A stretch of DNA of 53,826 nt from Nitrospirota bacterium (GTDB lineage Bacteria > Nitrospirota > UBA9217), in assembly GCA_029858565.1 (NCBI GenBank), contig JAOUEV010000019.1, forward strand, positions 1 through 53,826, given 5' to 3'. Each line of letters starts with the position of its first letter. Positions within the stretch are counted from its first letter, which is position 1. The notes under the pieces are model-generated. The model made no database searches. It saw only the letters and a program-made list of their open reading frames with translations, and was not told where the DNA came from. Positions 8,716 to 18,567 of this stretch are shown piece by piece. A program made the position numbers and the translations under genes.

Positions 8716-10007
8716 AAAAGGCCGTACTTATCCTGTCGTGCATCCTGGTCCTCACCGGCAGCGCGGAAGCGCTGACCCCCAAGCAGGTAGAGCGCGTCGA
8801 TCAGCTCAAAAAGGATGTCGTATCCCTTTTTCGTGAGCGCAAGTTCGACCAGGCAGTGCCGCTGCTGAATGAGGTGCTTTCCATCGATCCTCTGGACAAG
8901 ACCGCGACCCGCTACCTTGCTCTGGCCCGCCAGCAGAGCATGGAAACCTATTGCAAGGATGCGGCAGACGCTTTCCAGAACGAGGACTATGCCAAGGCCA
9001 TTGAGACCTGGGACCGCCTGCTCAAAATGAATCCCGACGACCGGCGCTTCGCGAATCTCATCGAGACAACGAAGAATCTCATTTCGGACAAGGTCACCGG
9101 CGAAATGTTCGAACGGGCAGAGAAATTCGTGAATGAAGGCGACTACAAGGCCGCGGTCAATGAGCTGGAGAAGATCCTCGCCGTCCGTCCCTACGACACA
9201 CGGGCTCGCGCGCTTTACAACAACGCGAAAAGCAATGTCGTCGATGCCCGCACGAAGAAACATTACGACCAGGCCGAGACGTACATGAAGGAAAAACAGT
9301 ACGACCGCGCGATCGAAGAATGGAAGCGAGTGCTGGAAATCGACAATACCCAGGAGGCGGCTTCCCGCTATATCGCCACCGCCGTCAGAGAAAAGATGGG
9401 GAGTCTCTATGGCGACGCGCGGCAGGCCTACGAGCGGGGCGACTATCTTACGGCACGGGACCTTTACAACAGGATCCTTGCCGACAATCCCACGGACCTT
9501 GACGTGAAAACGATCGTTTCCCGCCTCGACGACGTGGCCAAGGTCGCCCTGAAGATCGATGATAAAAGCCAGGCCGGAGACATGATGCGGAAGGCTATGG
9601 CCCTGTATATAGCTGTTGACGGCAACCGCAAGGCCTCAATGGCGGCAGCCTGGTATGCTTTCCAGCTTAACCCGAATTCGCTGACCATCGCCGTCAAGGG
9701 ATTTCTCGAACTGAAATATGCATCGATCCTGAGCACCATGGAGGCACCGGTCGGCGATATGAACATCATCGATCAGTACCTTTTTGCGGCCCTGAACAGG
9801 ATCTACGAAGGACGATACGACATCGCCATTCAGGCCTGCACCATTGTCATCGAACTGCATCCGAACAACGTGCTGGCATGGAAACGGCTCGGTTCAGGCT
9901 ATTATGCGATCGGCAAGAAGGATAAAGCGAGAGATGCATGGGAGCGCGCACTCAAGATCACACCCGATGATGCCGAGCTTAAGCAGTTCCTGCGTCAGAC
10001 AAAATGA
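8712..10007 (+). CDS. Secreted tetratricopeptide-repeat protein
   Basis: Signal peptide (AEA); multiple A...W..VL.I.P-type TPR helical pairs; GTGA overlap with the second motB. Confidence 0.85.
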   Translation: MKKAVLILSCILVLTGSAEALTPKQVERVDQLKKDVVSLFRERKFDQAVPLLNEVLSIDPLDKTATRYLALARQQSMETYCKDAADAFQNEDYAKAIETWDRLLKMNPDDRRFANLIETTKNLISDKVTGEMFERAEKFVNEGDYKAAVNELEKILAVRPYDTRARALYNNAKSNVVDARTKKHYDQAETYMKEKQYDRAIEEWKRVLEIDNTQEAASRYIATAVREKMGSLYGDARQAYERGDYLTARDLYNRILADNPTDLDVKTIVSRLDDVAKVALKIDDKSQAGDMMRKAMALYIAVDGNRKASMAAAWYAFQLNPNSLTIAVKGFLELKYASILSTMEAPVGDMNIIDQYLFAALNRIYEGRYDIAIQACTIVIELHPNNVLAWKRLGSGYYAIGKKDKARDAWERALKITPDDAELKQFLRQTK

Positions 10008-10045
10008 TCGTAACCTTTATTGTCATACCTTGAACGGACGGGATC

Positions 10046-11521
10046 ATGAATACGAAGATACTTATAACGACGATCAACATGACCATTCTCTGCATCATTG
10101 CAGCATTATGCGCTGCACCGACCCCGGCCCTTGCCGCCCAGGACCAGGAGTGCGGTAAATGCCACGACGCAATGAGCAGGGGCAAAGTCCTGCACCCGGC
10201 GCTCAAGAAGGGCTGCACTGCCTGTCATACCGCATCCCACCCCGGGACGCCGGGCAAGGACAAGGCGGTCCTTTCGCTTCGTTCCGAGCAGCCCGACCTT
10301 TGTTACGACTGTCACAGCCGGAACCTGTTCCTTCGGAGATACCAGCACAAGCCCGCGGTCTCGGGAAAATGCACGGCCTGTCACAATCCGCATTCTTCGA
10401 ACAACATGTATCTGCTCACCACGTCAATGCCCGATCTGTGCTGGAAGTGCCACGACAAAAAGATCGTCACGAAACAAACGACCCATTTCCCCTCGACTGC
10501 CGGCCTCTGCTCGGCCTGCCATGACGCGCACAGCTCCGACAGCCATGAGAAACTGTTGACGTCCAACATGCCGGAATTATGCTATAAATGCCATGACAAG
10601 GCCAGCATCGGCGGCATGCAGAACGTCCACCAGCCGGTCATCTCAGGGAAATGTACCGCCTGCCACAATCCTCATTCGCAGGTGGCGAAGAACCTCCTGG
10701 CCGCAGACGGCGCGGCACTCTGCTATACCTGTCACGATAAGAAGACCTTTACCGACGGCATCGCCCACACGCCCGTGGAACAGGGCGGCTGTCTTGGCTG
10801 CCACGCCCCCCATCAATCGAGGTCCGAGAAACTGCTTCTTGCGAAGCAGCCTGACCTCTGTTTCCTCTGCCATGAGAAGAAGTCGTTCACCGGCGAAAAA
10901 TACGGCCACAAGCCCGTTACCGGCGGTCGTTGCACGACCTGTCACCGTCCGCATGCCGCCAAGGCAAAGAATCTGCTTACAAAATCGACTCCAGGCATCT
11001 GCTTTGAATGCCATATGACCGAGGAGCTCGGCGGACGGGAAAAACACGGACCCTTCAAGATCGGCATGTGCAACAGCTGTCATAAATCCCACCAGAGCAA
11101 CACGTCGAAACTGCTGATCGGAAAGACCCCTGACCTCTGTTTCACCTGCCACAGCACGGAGGATTTCAAGAACAAGGTGGTCCACAAACCGGTCGCAGAC
11201 GGAAAATGCTACGACTGTCACGGGATCCATACGACCCCCTTCAAGAACCTGAGCAAAGCGGATGGCAATGAATTGTGCCGAAAATGCCACCAGGACGTGT
11301 TCCGCGGCTCCCACCCGAATACGCAGCTGCCTGCAGACCTGCGATCAAAGAAACGGGGCACGACCACCGGTCATCCCCTGGATAAGGTGGATGATCCGAA
11401 ACGACCGGGTAAAAGTATGGCGTGTATTAGCTGCCATAACCCGCATAGCGCTGAATGGAAAGGCCTGTTCCGCTATAAAGCGGAGAAACCCCAGGACCTT
11501 TGTCAGCACTGCCACAGATAG
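10046..11521 (+). CDS. 19-heme periplasmic cytochrome c with paired-CXXCH repeats
   Basis: Signal peptide (ALA); 19 CxxCH counted; regular two-heme repeat of about 47 aa. Confidence 0.9.
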   Translation: MNTKILITTINMTILCIIAALCAAPTPALAAQDQECGKCHDAMSRGKVLHPALKKGCTACHTASHPGTPGKDKAVLSLRSEQPDLCYDCHSRNLFLRRYQHKPAVSGKCTACHNPHSSNNMYLLTTSMPDLCWKCHDKKIVTKQTTHFPSTAGLCSACHDAHSSDSHEKLLTSNMPELCYKCHDKASIGGMQNVHQPVISGKCTACHNPHSQVAKNLLAADGAALCYTCHDKKTFTDGIAHTPVEQGGCLGCHAPHQSRSEKLLLAKQPDLCFLCHEKKSFTGEKYGHKPVTGGRCTTCHRPHAAKAKNLLTKSTPGICFECHMTEELGGREKHGPFKIGMCNSCHKSHQSNTSKLLIGKTPDLCFTCHSTEDFKNKVVHKPVADGKCYDCHGIHTTPFKNLSKADGNELCRKCHQDVFRGSHPNTQLPADLRSKKRGTTTGHPLDKVDDPKRPGKSMACISCHNPHSAEWKGLFRYKAEKPQDLCQHCHR

Positions 11522-11559
11522 TTCGGCATGATGGTTGCTCAGGAACAGCCAATCTGAGG

Positions 11560-11587
11560 TTGACTCCCGGGCTGAAATAGGTATAAT
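11560..11587 (+). promoter_or_regulatory. Sigma70-like promoter for the c7-type cytochrome pair
   Basis: TTGACT-N16-TATAAT, 40 nt upstream of the ATG, which has an AAGGAG RBS. Confidence 0.55.
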
Positions 11588-11627
11588 GCATGAGAAATCA
11601 GTTTGTTTGCCGGAAGGAGAACACGAG

Positions 11628-12419
11628 ATGAGATTCAAGGCTTTGATTGTCCTGCTGGTCGTTGCCATCACCCTGCTCGCTTCCATTGCCCTTGCCACGA
11701 ACTTTGGCACCAAGAAACGGATGCCCCGCCCCCAGGAGTTCGGCAATGTGATCATCAACAATTACTCGGAGAAGAACAATATCGCGCCGGTGGTGTTCAA
11801 GCATTGGATACACCGGACCAAGTATACCTGCAGGGTCTGTCACGTGGACGTCGGTTTTGCCATGGAAGCGGGCGGCAGCGATATCAAGGAAGAGGATAAC
11901 AAGAACGGACTGTATTGCGGCTCCTGCCATAACGGCAAGGAAGCTTTCGCGGCCACGGCACGGGAAAAGCTCGTCACCGAGGTCCAGAATTGCGATCGGT
12001 GCCATTCCTACGGCAAAGAGGTCAAGAACCAGAAGGATTTCAATGAATATCTCAAGGACTTCCCCCAGGCCAGGTTCGGCAACCGGATCGACTGGATGAA
12101 GGCCGAGGCTACGGGCAGGATCAAGCTCAAAGACCTGGTCGAGGGAATTTCGATGAAGCGCCAGGCCATCGCAGCGCCCAAGGACTTTGATATCAAGTCA
12201 ACGATCCTCGGCATGCCGGACATCATCTTCTCGCACAAGATCCATGCGGAGATCAACGGATGCGAGCTCTGTCATCCCGAAGTGTTCGGTGCCAAAAAAG
12301 GTGTGACCAAGTACTCCATGCAGGACATCTTTGCCGGGAAGTACTGCGGTTCCTGTCATGCCAAGGTCGCGTTTCCGTTCTATGACTGCCAGCTGTGCCA
12401 TCTGAAAGAGGTGTATTGA
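11628..12419 (+). CDS. Hexaheme cytochrome with two c7-type triheme domains
   Basis: PVVFKHWIH...CRVCH, CGSCH, CDRCH and IIFSH..H...CELCH, CGSCH, CQLCH; signal peptide. Confidence 0.9.
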   Translation: MRFKALIVLLVVAITLLASIALATNFGTKKRMPRPQEFGNVIINNYSEKNNIAPVVFKHWIHRTKYTCRVCHVDVGFAMEAGGSDIKEEDNKNGLYCGSCHNGKEAFAATAREKLVTEVQNCDRCHSYGKEVKNQKDFNEYLKDFPQARFGNRIDWMKAEATGRIKLKDLVEGISMKRQAIAAPKDFDIKSTILGMPDIIFSHKIHAEINGCELCHPEVFGAKKGVTKYSMQDIFAGKYCGSCHAKVAFPFYDCQLCHLKEVY

Positions 12420-12446
12420 TCCGATCAGCCTGATGGAACATCCTGT

Positions 12447-13187
12447 ATGCACAGTGCGGTACTTTATCTCGCGATCCTTATGGCCGGCAGCAACTTCGAC
12501 GGGGTGTGGAAATTCCCTCCTCCACCCCCGCCGGAGCAGTACGGGAATGTTCTGATCACTCGTCTTACATCCAAGAGCACGCACCCGCCCGTGGCTTTTT
12601 CTCATTGGCTTCACCGGCGTTATTTCACCTGCAGGGTATGCCATTTCGAGCTTGGTTTCGCGCTCAAAACAAATACCACCGAGATCACGGAAGCAAAGAT
12701 CCGCAAAGGCGAGTATTGCGGGGCCTGTCACAATGATCGGGTCGCCTTTGGCGTGAGCGAAGGCACCTGTACCATGTGCCATACCGGAAAGGTCAGTTCC
12801 TCGGATGGACGTTTTTCAGAACTGAAAGACCTTCCGAAATCACGGTATGGGGACGGTCTCAACTGGGTCAAGGCACTCAGAAAGAACTTTATCCAGCCAA
12901 AGGCCAGTATCCTCGACAGTAAGTATGAATCCATCCCCTTTGACAAGAACCTGCGGCTCGAGCCTGAGTGGGGTCTGATCAAGACAAAAGCGATCTTTCC
13001 CCATGCCAAGCATACGGAGTGGCTCGACTGCGCTGACTGTCATCCCGACATCTTTAACATCCAAAAAAAGGGCACCCGGCACTTTCGCATGGAATATATG
13101 CTCGAAGGAAAGTTCTGCGGCGCCTGCCATCTCACTGTGGCATTCCCCCTCCAGGACTGCAAACGCTGCCATCCTGACCTTGACTGA
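12447..13187 (+). CDS. Hexaheme c7-type cytochrome, paralogue of the upstream gene
   Basis: Six CxxCH in the same layout; shared YG/FG-NV.I and WV/MKA motifs. Confidence 0.9.
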   Translation: MHSAVLYLAILMAGSNFDGVWKFPPPPPPEQYGNVLITRLTSKSTHPPVAFSHWLHRRYFTCRVCHFELGFALKTNTTEITEAKIRKGEYCGACHNDRVAFGVSEGTCTMCHTGKVSSSDGRFSELKDLPKSRYGDGLNWVKALRKNFIQPKASILDSKYESIPFDKNLRLEPEWGLIKTKAIFPHAKHTEWLDCADCHPDIFNIQKKGTRHFRMEYMLEGKFCGACHLTVAFPLQDCKRCHPDLD

Positions 13188-13421
13188 CATCCTCTCCTGC
13201 CTCGCGCTATAATTCTGTCAGCTGAGATTATTCATCCGCAAGGGCCAACAGCAAAGTCTCGCTGAAGGCGCCCTGCAAGCTGCACGGAAATTATCTCTGA
13301 TGGTAGTATCGCGGGGCCGGCAAGTACCGGGACAGCAAGAGGGGGATATGTGGCCGGCATACCGGCAGGGTAAAATGAATAAGGACGGTACTTCCCGATG
13401 GAAGGCCACGCTCGATGAGGA

Positions 13422-14789
13422 TCAGATCAATCCGAATCGTTTCATCCTGCGGCGGAATGCGTCCCGGGGCATTTTTAGCAGCTGTGATGCCCTGGTCTGG
13501 TTCCCGCCTGCCATTTCGAGCGCTTTCTTGACCAGGGCATTCTCCACTTCCTCTATAGATATGCCGCTTTCCGGTATCGTCAGGCAATCCAGCGAAACGG
13601 GTGTTAGCGAACTATCCATGGGCGCGGCATGCTGTTCAAGAATTTCCGGTGACAGATGCTCCGGCATGATCTCTTTATCGATCTCAAAGATCATGGCTCG
13701 CTCGATCACATTCTTAAGTTCACGGACATTGCCGGGCCACGGATAGGACAGAAATACCTGTTCGGCCTCTTTGGATATGCCCTGAACGCTTTTATGGCAT
13801 TCTCTGTTGAAGTGATCTGTAAAATGTCGGGCCAGCAAAAGTATGTCACGTCCACGGTCACGAAGCGGAGGAAGCATGATCGGGACGACCTGCAGCCGAT
13901 AATATAGGTCCTTGCGAAAACGCCCTTCGTTCATGGCGCGGGAAAGATCCTGGTTCGTGGCAGATATCACACGAACATCCACTTTGATATCCTTGACACC
14001 GCCGATACGTCGAAAGGATTTTTCTTCAAGTATCCGCAGCAGCTTTGCCTGCATGCTGATATCCATATCGCCGATCTCATCCAGGAACACGGTCCCGCCA
14101 TCGGCCAGTTCGAAAAGTCCCTTCTTTGCAGCTTTTGCATCGGTGAATGCACCCTTTTCATGACCCATCAACTCGCTTTCCAGCAGCGTCAACGGCAGTG
14201 CAGCGCAGTTGATAGCCATAAAAGGTCTTTCTGCGCGCAGACTTCCCGAATGGACCGCTTTTGCGACCAACTCCTTGCCTGTTCCACTTTCTCCCTGGAT
14301 AAGCACGGTCGTTGCGTCACTCTTCGCGATCTTCGCGATAAGGTCCTTCACCCGGAGCATCATGTCCGTCTCTCCGATGATGGCGTCGACTTTCCCCCTG
14401 AGCTGCTTGACCTGGGACCTGAGGGAACCCGCTTCGAGGGCCTTTCGGATAACGAAGGTTATCTCCTCCAGATTAAAGGGCTTGCTGATATAGTCATAGG
14501 CGCCAAGCTTCATCGCCTTCACAGCGGTCTCCACCAGGCCATAGGCCGTGATCATAATGACCATGATGCCCCGCTCAGGCACATTCAATTTTTCCAGCAG
14601 TTCGAGACCGGTCATTTCAGGCAGCCTGTTATCCAGGAGGAGCAGATCAGGAGCTTCCTCATTGATAAGCTGGAGCCCTTTTTCCGCCGAGTCAGCGGTC
14701 ACTACTTCGTACCCCTCCCGCACAAGATGCTGCTCGAGTGTCCACCGAATTAGCTTTTCATCATCAATAACAAGGATCTTATATGCCAT
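13422..14789 (-). CDS. NtrC-family sigma54-dependent response regulator
   Basis: Receiver domain; GESGTGKE; GAFTDA; FLDEIG; WPGNVREL; Fis-type HTH. Confidence 0.95.
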   Translation of the reverse strand: MAYKILVIDDEKLIRWTLEQHLVREGYEVVTADSAEKGLQLINEEAPDLLLLDNRLPEMTGLELLEKLNVPERGIMVIMITAYGLVETAVKAMKLGAYDYISKPFNLEEITFVIRKALEAGSLRSQVKQLRGKVDAIIGETDMMLRVKDLIAKIAKSDATTVLIQGESGTGKELVAKAVHSGSLRAERPFMAINCAALPLTLLESELMGHEKGAFTDAKAAKKGLFELADGGTVFLDEIGDMDISMQAKLLRILEEKSFRRIGGVKDIKVDVRVISATNQDLSRAMNEGRFRKDLYYRLQVVPIMLPPLRDRGRDILLLARHFTDHFNRECHKSVQGISKEAEQVFLSYPWPGNVRELKNVIERAMIFEIDKEIMPEHLSPEILEQHAAPMDSSLTPVSLDCLTIPESGISIEEVENALVKKALEMAGGNQTRASQLLKMPRDAFRRRMKRFGLI

Positions 14790-14791
14790 GC

Positions 14792-16282
14792 TTAAATACT
14801 CCCTGTCACAGATTCCTGTTTATTTGGGGAAGGAAGCACGATCGTGAACACGGAACCTTTTCCCGGTGCACTCTGCACGCTGATCTCACCATTATGCTGT
14901 TCAACAATACGCTGGGTGATCGACAGCCCCAGTCCGGTGCCCTGCTGCCGCGTCGTGAAGAAGGGGCTGAAGATCCTTCCCAGGTTTTCCTGATTGATGC
15001 CTTCACCGGAATCGGAGAGGCCGATCCGGATCGCGCCGCCGCCATCCTTGGTCACATCCACATTCGTTTCAACAATAAACCGTCCGCCCTGGGGCATTGC
15101 CTTGATCGCGTTCAAGGCGATGTTGAGCAGTGCCTGTTGCATCAGATCAGGGTCCAGGACCAGCCAGGGCAGCCCAGCGGTCATTTTTCTCTCAGACGTT
15201 ATACCATGCTTGGCGAACTGGGGCGCCAGAAAGTCGAGCAGTCGGCTCAGCAGTTCGTTCACATCCACGAGGGTCATTTTTGGCTCAGGAGGCCGCGCGA
15301 ACGAAAGCAGGTTCCTTACAGCCTTATCCATGCGCTCGACCTGGGAAAGCACTTCATCCAGTACCGCCCGTTTGGGATCACCGATGGGGATATCACCCTT
15401 CAGGACCTGGATCACCCCGGCAATACCCGCAAGGGGATTCTTGATCTCATGGGCAATTCCTGCCGCCATTTCACCGATAGAGGCCAGTCGGTCCGCCCGT
15501 TTCATCTGCTCATAGTGATACCGTTCCACGCGGCGGCGTGCCCGTTCGAGCTTTGTCAGCAGGGAATTAAAAGCCTCCGCAAGCCTGCCGATGTCATCCT
15601 TGCTCTTTACCTGCGCTCGGGCTTCAAGCCCGCGCTCGGCCCGCTCCATTGTATCAATGAGCTCCTGGATGGGCGTGGTCACATAGCGCGTCAGAAAAAG
15701 CGACAAAGATATTGCCAGGGTAGCCGTGATGCCGAACGCCCACAGGATCATGGTCTTGCTGAGCTCCCCGACCTTTTCCTGCGTCTGGGTCATGGACACG
15801 TCCACCGCAAGAACGCCGTTCAATTTCACCGTACTGCCGTGGCATGAATAACACTGCTCGGAATTCTCGATCGGGAACAAGACCGAGAAGATCCCTTCCT
15901 CGCGGCGCTTGATCGGTCGTTTGAACTTCCCTTCGAGGAACCACTTCTGGGTCGCCCCGTCAATGCGTCTGCCGATCTGTCCGCGCTTGGAGGCCTTCAA
16001 GATCACCCCATTGGGGCTGAATATCCTCAGGCCGCGGATATTATGATAGCCGCCCACAGCCTCCAGGATATGCTGGACCTCTCGGCTCTTGCCTGCGACC
16101 ATGGCATTTGAGAGGCTTTTCTCGATCGTATTGGAAATAATGAGGACATTGTCCTCGAGCGCCGACTCCATCTGTCCCTGCTGATAACGGATATTGATCC
16201 ACGTACCAATGCCGATGATCACCGCAAGGATCGCGGAAACGGAAAGAATGATCTTGCTTCTGAGGCTTGAAATGAGGATCAC
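14792..16282 (-). CDS. Sensor histidine kinase with periplasmic CxxCH motif and HAMP domain
   Basis: Two TMs flanking a domain containing CYSCH; HAMP; AHEIKNPL H-box; N, G1, F and G2 boxes. Confidence 0.92.
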   Translation of the reverse strand: MILISSLRSKIILSVSAILAVIIGIGTWINIRYQQGQMESALEDNVLIISNTIEKSLSNAMVAGKSREVQHILEAVGGYHNIRGLRIFSPNGVILKASKRGQIGRRIDGATQKWFLEGKFKRPIKRREEGIFSVLFPIENSEQCYSCHGSTVKLNGVLAVDVSMTQTQEKVGELSKTMILWAFGITATLAISLSLFLTRYVTTPIQELIDTMERAERGLEARAQVKSKDDIGRLAEAFNSLLTKLERARRRVERYHYEQMKRADRLASIGEMAAGIAHEIKNPLAGIAGVIQVLKGDIPIGDPKRAVLDEVLSQVERMDKAVRNLLSFARPPEPKMTLVDVNELLSRLLDFLAPQFAKHGITSERKMTAGLPWLVLDPDLMQQALLNIALNAIKAMPQGGRFIVETNVDVTKDGGGAIRIGLSDSGEGINQENLGRIFSPFFTTRQQGTGLGLSITQRIVEQHNGEISVQSAPGKGSVFTIVLPSPNKQESVTGSI

Positions 16283-17250
16283 GCCACGATCACCTGTCCG
16301 ATGAGATCGCGCACCGAAGGGATGCCCTCCCGTTTCAGATGGGAAGCAAGTCCGTCGGCAATATCAAGGGTAGCGCGGGGATTGATAAAATTGCCCGTCC
16401 CCACCGCTATCGCGGTCGCCCCCGCAAGGATGAACTCCAGCGCATCCTCCGGGGTCATGATCCCGCCCATGCCGATGATCGGCAGTTTAACCGCCCGGGC
16501 GACTTGCCAGACCATGCGCACGGCAACCGGCTTGATCGCGGGACCCGAAAGACCTCCGGTGACATTGGCCAGCCGGGGCTTCCTGCAACGAACATCGATC
16601 GCCATGCCCAGCAGCGTATTGATCAGTGAGAGTCCGTCGCATCCCGAGCCTTCGGCAGCACGGGCGAACTCGGTTATGTCGGTCACGTTCGGCGACAATT
16701 TCGCGATCAATGGCAATTTTGTCGCTTTTCGCAGCGCCGTTAAAAGCTCCGATGCTGCTTTCACGTTCGTCCCGAACACAATGCCGCCGGCTTTAACGTT
16801 CGGGCAGGAGATGTTCACTTCAAGACCGGCGATTCCCGGGATGCCATCCAACCGCTCGGTCACCGCCACGTATTCCTCGAGGCTGTAGCCGAAGATATTC
16901 ACGATGACCGCAGTATCGTAGCTCCTGAGGATGGGAAGTTTTTCATTGATGAAAACGTCGACTCCCGGATTTTCGAGCCCGATGGCATTCAACATGCCTG
17001 CAGGTGTTTCCCAGATGCGGGGGGGAGGATTTCCTTTGATCGGCCTTGCTGACACACCCTTCACAATGATGCCGCCGAGCCTGTTCAGATCGATGATATC
17101 CTTGAATTCCTCGCCGTATCCGAAGGTCCCGGAAGCGGTCATCACGGGATTCTTCATCTTTATTCCGGCGACGTTCACTGACAGGTCGGGCGAAGTTACG
17201 CATTTCGACGCTTTTGCCGGTATACCTTTCTTCAACTCAGCACTCCGCAC
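16279..17250 (-). CDS. pyrD: Dihydroorotate dehydrogenase (family 1B) catalytic subunit
   Basis: [39 protein letters not shown]. Confidence 0.95.
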   Translation of the reverse strand: MRSAELKKGIPAKASKCVTSPDLSVNVAGIKMKNPVMTASGTFGYGEEFKDIIDLNRLGGIIVKGVSARPIKGNPPPRIWETPAGMLNAIGLENPGVDVFINEKLPILRSYDTAVIVNIFGYSLEEYVAVTERLDGIPGIAGLEVNISCPNVKAGGIVFGTNVKAASELLTALRKATKLPLIAKLSPNVTDITEFARAAEGSGCDGLSLINTLLGMAIDVRCRKPRLANVTGGLSGPAIKPVAVRMVWQVARAVKLPIIGMGGIMTPEDALEFILAGATAIAVGTGNFINPRATLDIADGLASHLKREGIPSVRDLIGQVIVA

Positions 17251-17273
17251 ATCGCGCTCCGTTTACTTCAGGA

Positions 17274-18098
17274 TTATTTCCGATGGAGCGCCGGCAAGAC
17301 CACCTGCTCGCTCCAGTCTATGTCGGACGACTTGAACACCGGTCCTTCTTTGCATACCCGTTTATAACCGCCGGTCCGTACCGCGACGGAACAACCCATG
17401 CACACTCCAAGACCGCAGGCCATCCGCTCTTCCATTGAGACAAAACAGGATATCCCCCGCTCAGCTGCCAACTTGCTCACCGCCGCCATCATGGAGCGGG
17501 GACCGCATGCATATATTACAAAGGATTCCCGGTCGTTCCGCGAATCAAGGAAAGCCGCAAGGCCGTCAGTCACGAATCCTCTTGTCCCTGCGCTTCCGTC
17601 ATCAGTGGCAATATACACCTTTTCCGCCTGCTCTCTGCAGCTCTTTATGGCGCGAAGAGGAGGAAGGCATTCCTTGTCACGGGCGCCGAGGAACATGTAA
17701 AGGGGATGCCGCATTGACAGGGCAAAGTATAGAAGCGGAGGAAATCCGCTGCCTCCTGCAACAAGAAGCGGAGTGGTCCCCTTTTCCGGCGCAGGGAACC
17801 CGTTGCCGAGCGGTCCCTGGACCTGGAGGACAGCATCGCGCTCAACTGTTGCAAGGAGCGCTGTTCCACGTCCGACAACACGGTAGAAAAGCTCGATGTA
17901 CTGTTTTGATTTGACCGCTGCGATTCCGAACGGACGTGCGAGAATGGGGTCCTGATTCTCCGATACCCGCAGCATGACGAACTGACCGGGCCTTGCCTGT
18001 TTTGCCAGGCCGGGCGCTTTCAGCACGATGCGAAAGTATCCCCGTCCTGCTTCCTGGTGCAGAACAACTGTGGCTTGATGCAGCTTAGTCGGCGGCAA
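17274..18098 (-). CDS. pyrK: Dihydroorotate dehydrogenase electron-transfer subunit
   Basis: PGQFVM, RPF, GPLGNGF, ACGP and MACGLGVCMGC...VCKEGPVF 2Fe-2S motif. Confidence 0.93.
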   Translation of the reverse strand: MPPTKLHQATVVLHQEAGRGYFRIVLKAPGLAKQARPGQFVMLRVSENQDPILARPFGIAAVKSKQYIELFYRVVGRGTALLATVERDAVLQVQGPLGNGFPAPEKGTTPLLVAGGSGFPPLLYFALSMRHPLYMFLGARDKECLPPLRAIKSCREQAEKVYIATDDGSAGTRGFVTDGLAAFLDSRNDRESFVIYACGPRSMMAAVSKLAAERGISCFVSMEERMACGLGVCMGCSVAVRTGGYKRVCKEGPVFKSSDIDWSEQVVLPALHRK

Positions 18099-18567
18099 TC
18101 TCTATCTCCTGGATCTCGTATTCCACGGTCTTCGCCGGGGTCTTGATCACCACGACGTCGCCGACCTTGTGGCTGATAAGCGCCTTGCCGACCGGCGACT
18201 GGATTGATATCTTGCCTTTTTTGATATCCGCCTCTTCCTGCCCCACCAGCGTGTATTTCCTTATATCGCCGGTTTCCGTATCGCCCAGCGTGACGGTTGT
18301 ACCGAATACGACCTTCTCATTGGAGATCTTCGAGACGTCGATGATCTGAGCATGGGCAAGTTTGTTCTCCAGCTCGCGCTTCTTCGCGTCAATGTGGCCC
18401 TGGCGTTCCTTGGCAGCGTGATATTCTGCGTTCTCCGAAAGGTCTCCGTGTCCGCGCGCTTCCTCGATATCCTTGATGTTCTTGGGCCGCTCGACCTTCA
18501 TCAGGTGGTCGAGCTCTTTTTTGAGTTTTTCATAGCCCTCTTTGGTCATTGGATACTTTTTCGTCAT
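18085..18567 (-). CDS. greA: Transcription elongation factor GreA
   Basis: [15 protein letters not shown] and [11 protein letters not shown]. Confidence 0.96.
   Translation of the reverse strand: MTKKYPMTKEGYEKLKKELDHLMKVERPKNIKDIEEARGHGDLSENAEYHAAKERQGHIDAKKRELENKLAHAQIIDVSKISNEKVVFGTTVTLGDTETGDIRKYTLVGQEEADIKKGKISIQSPVGKALISHKVGDVVVIKTPAKTVEYEIQEIEIAAD

Noticed and set aside
13235-13300. c-di-GMP-I riboswitch (GCAAA...GCAAG)
   Set aside because: The GNRA-capped P2 stem and tetraloop receptor could not be built, and no downstream sense gene is evident
14135-14160. GAFTDA instead of GAFTGA in the enhancer-binding protein
   Set aside because: A common variant in this family; not distinctive
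18085-18567. greA inside a pyrimidine operon
   Set aside because: carB-greA linkage is widespread
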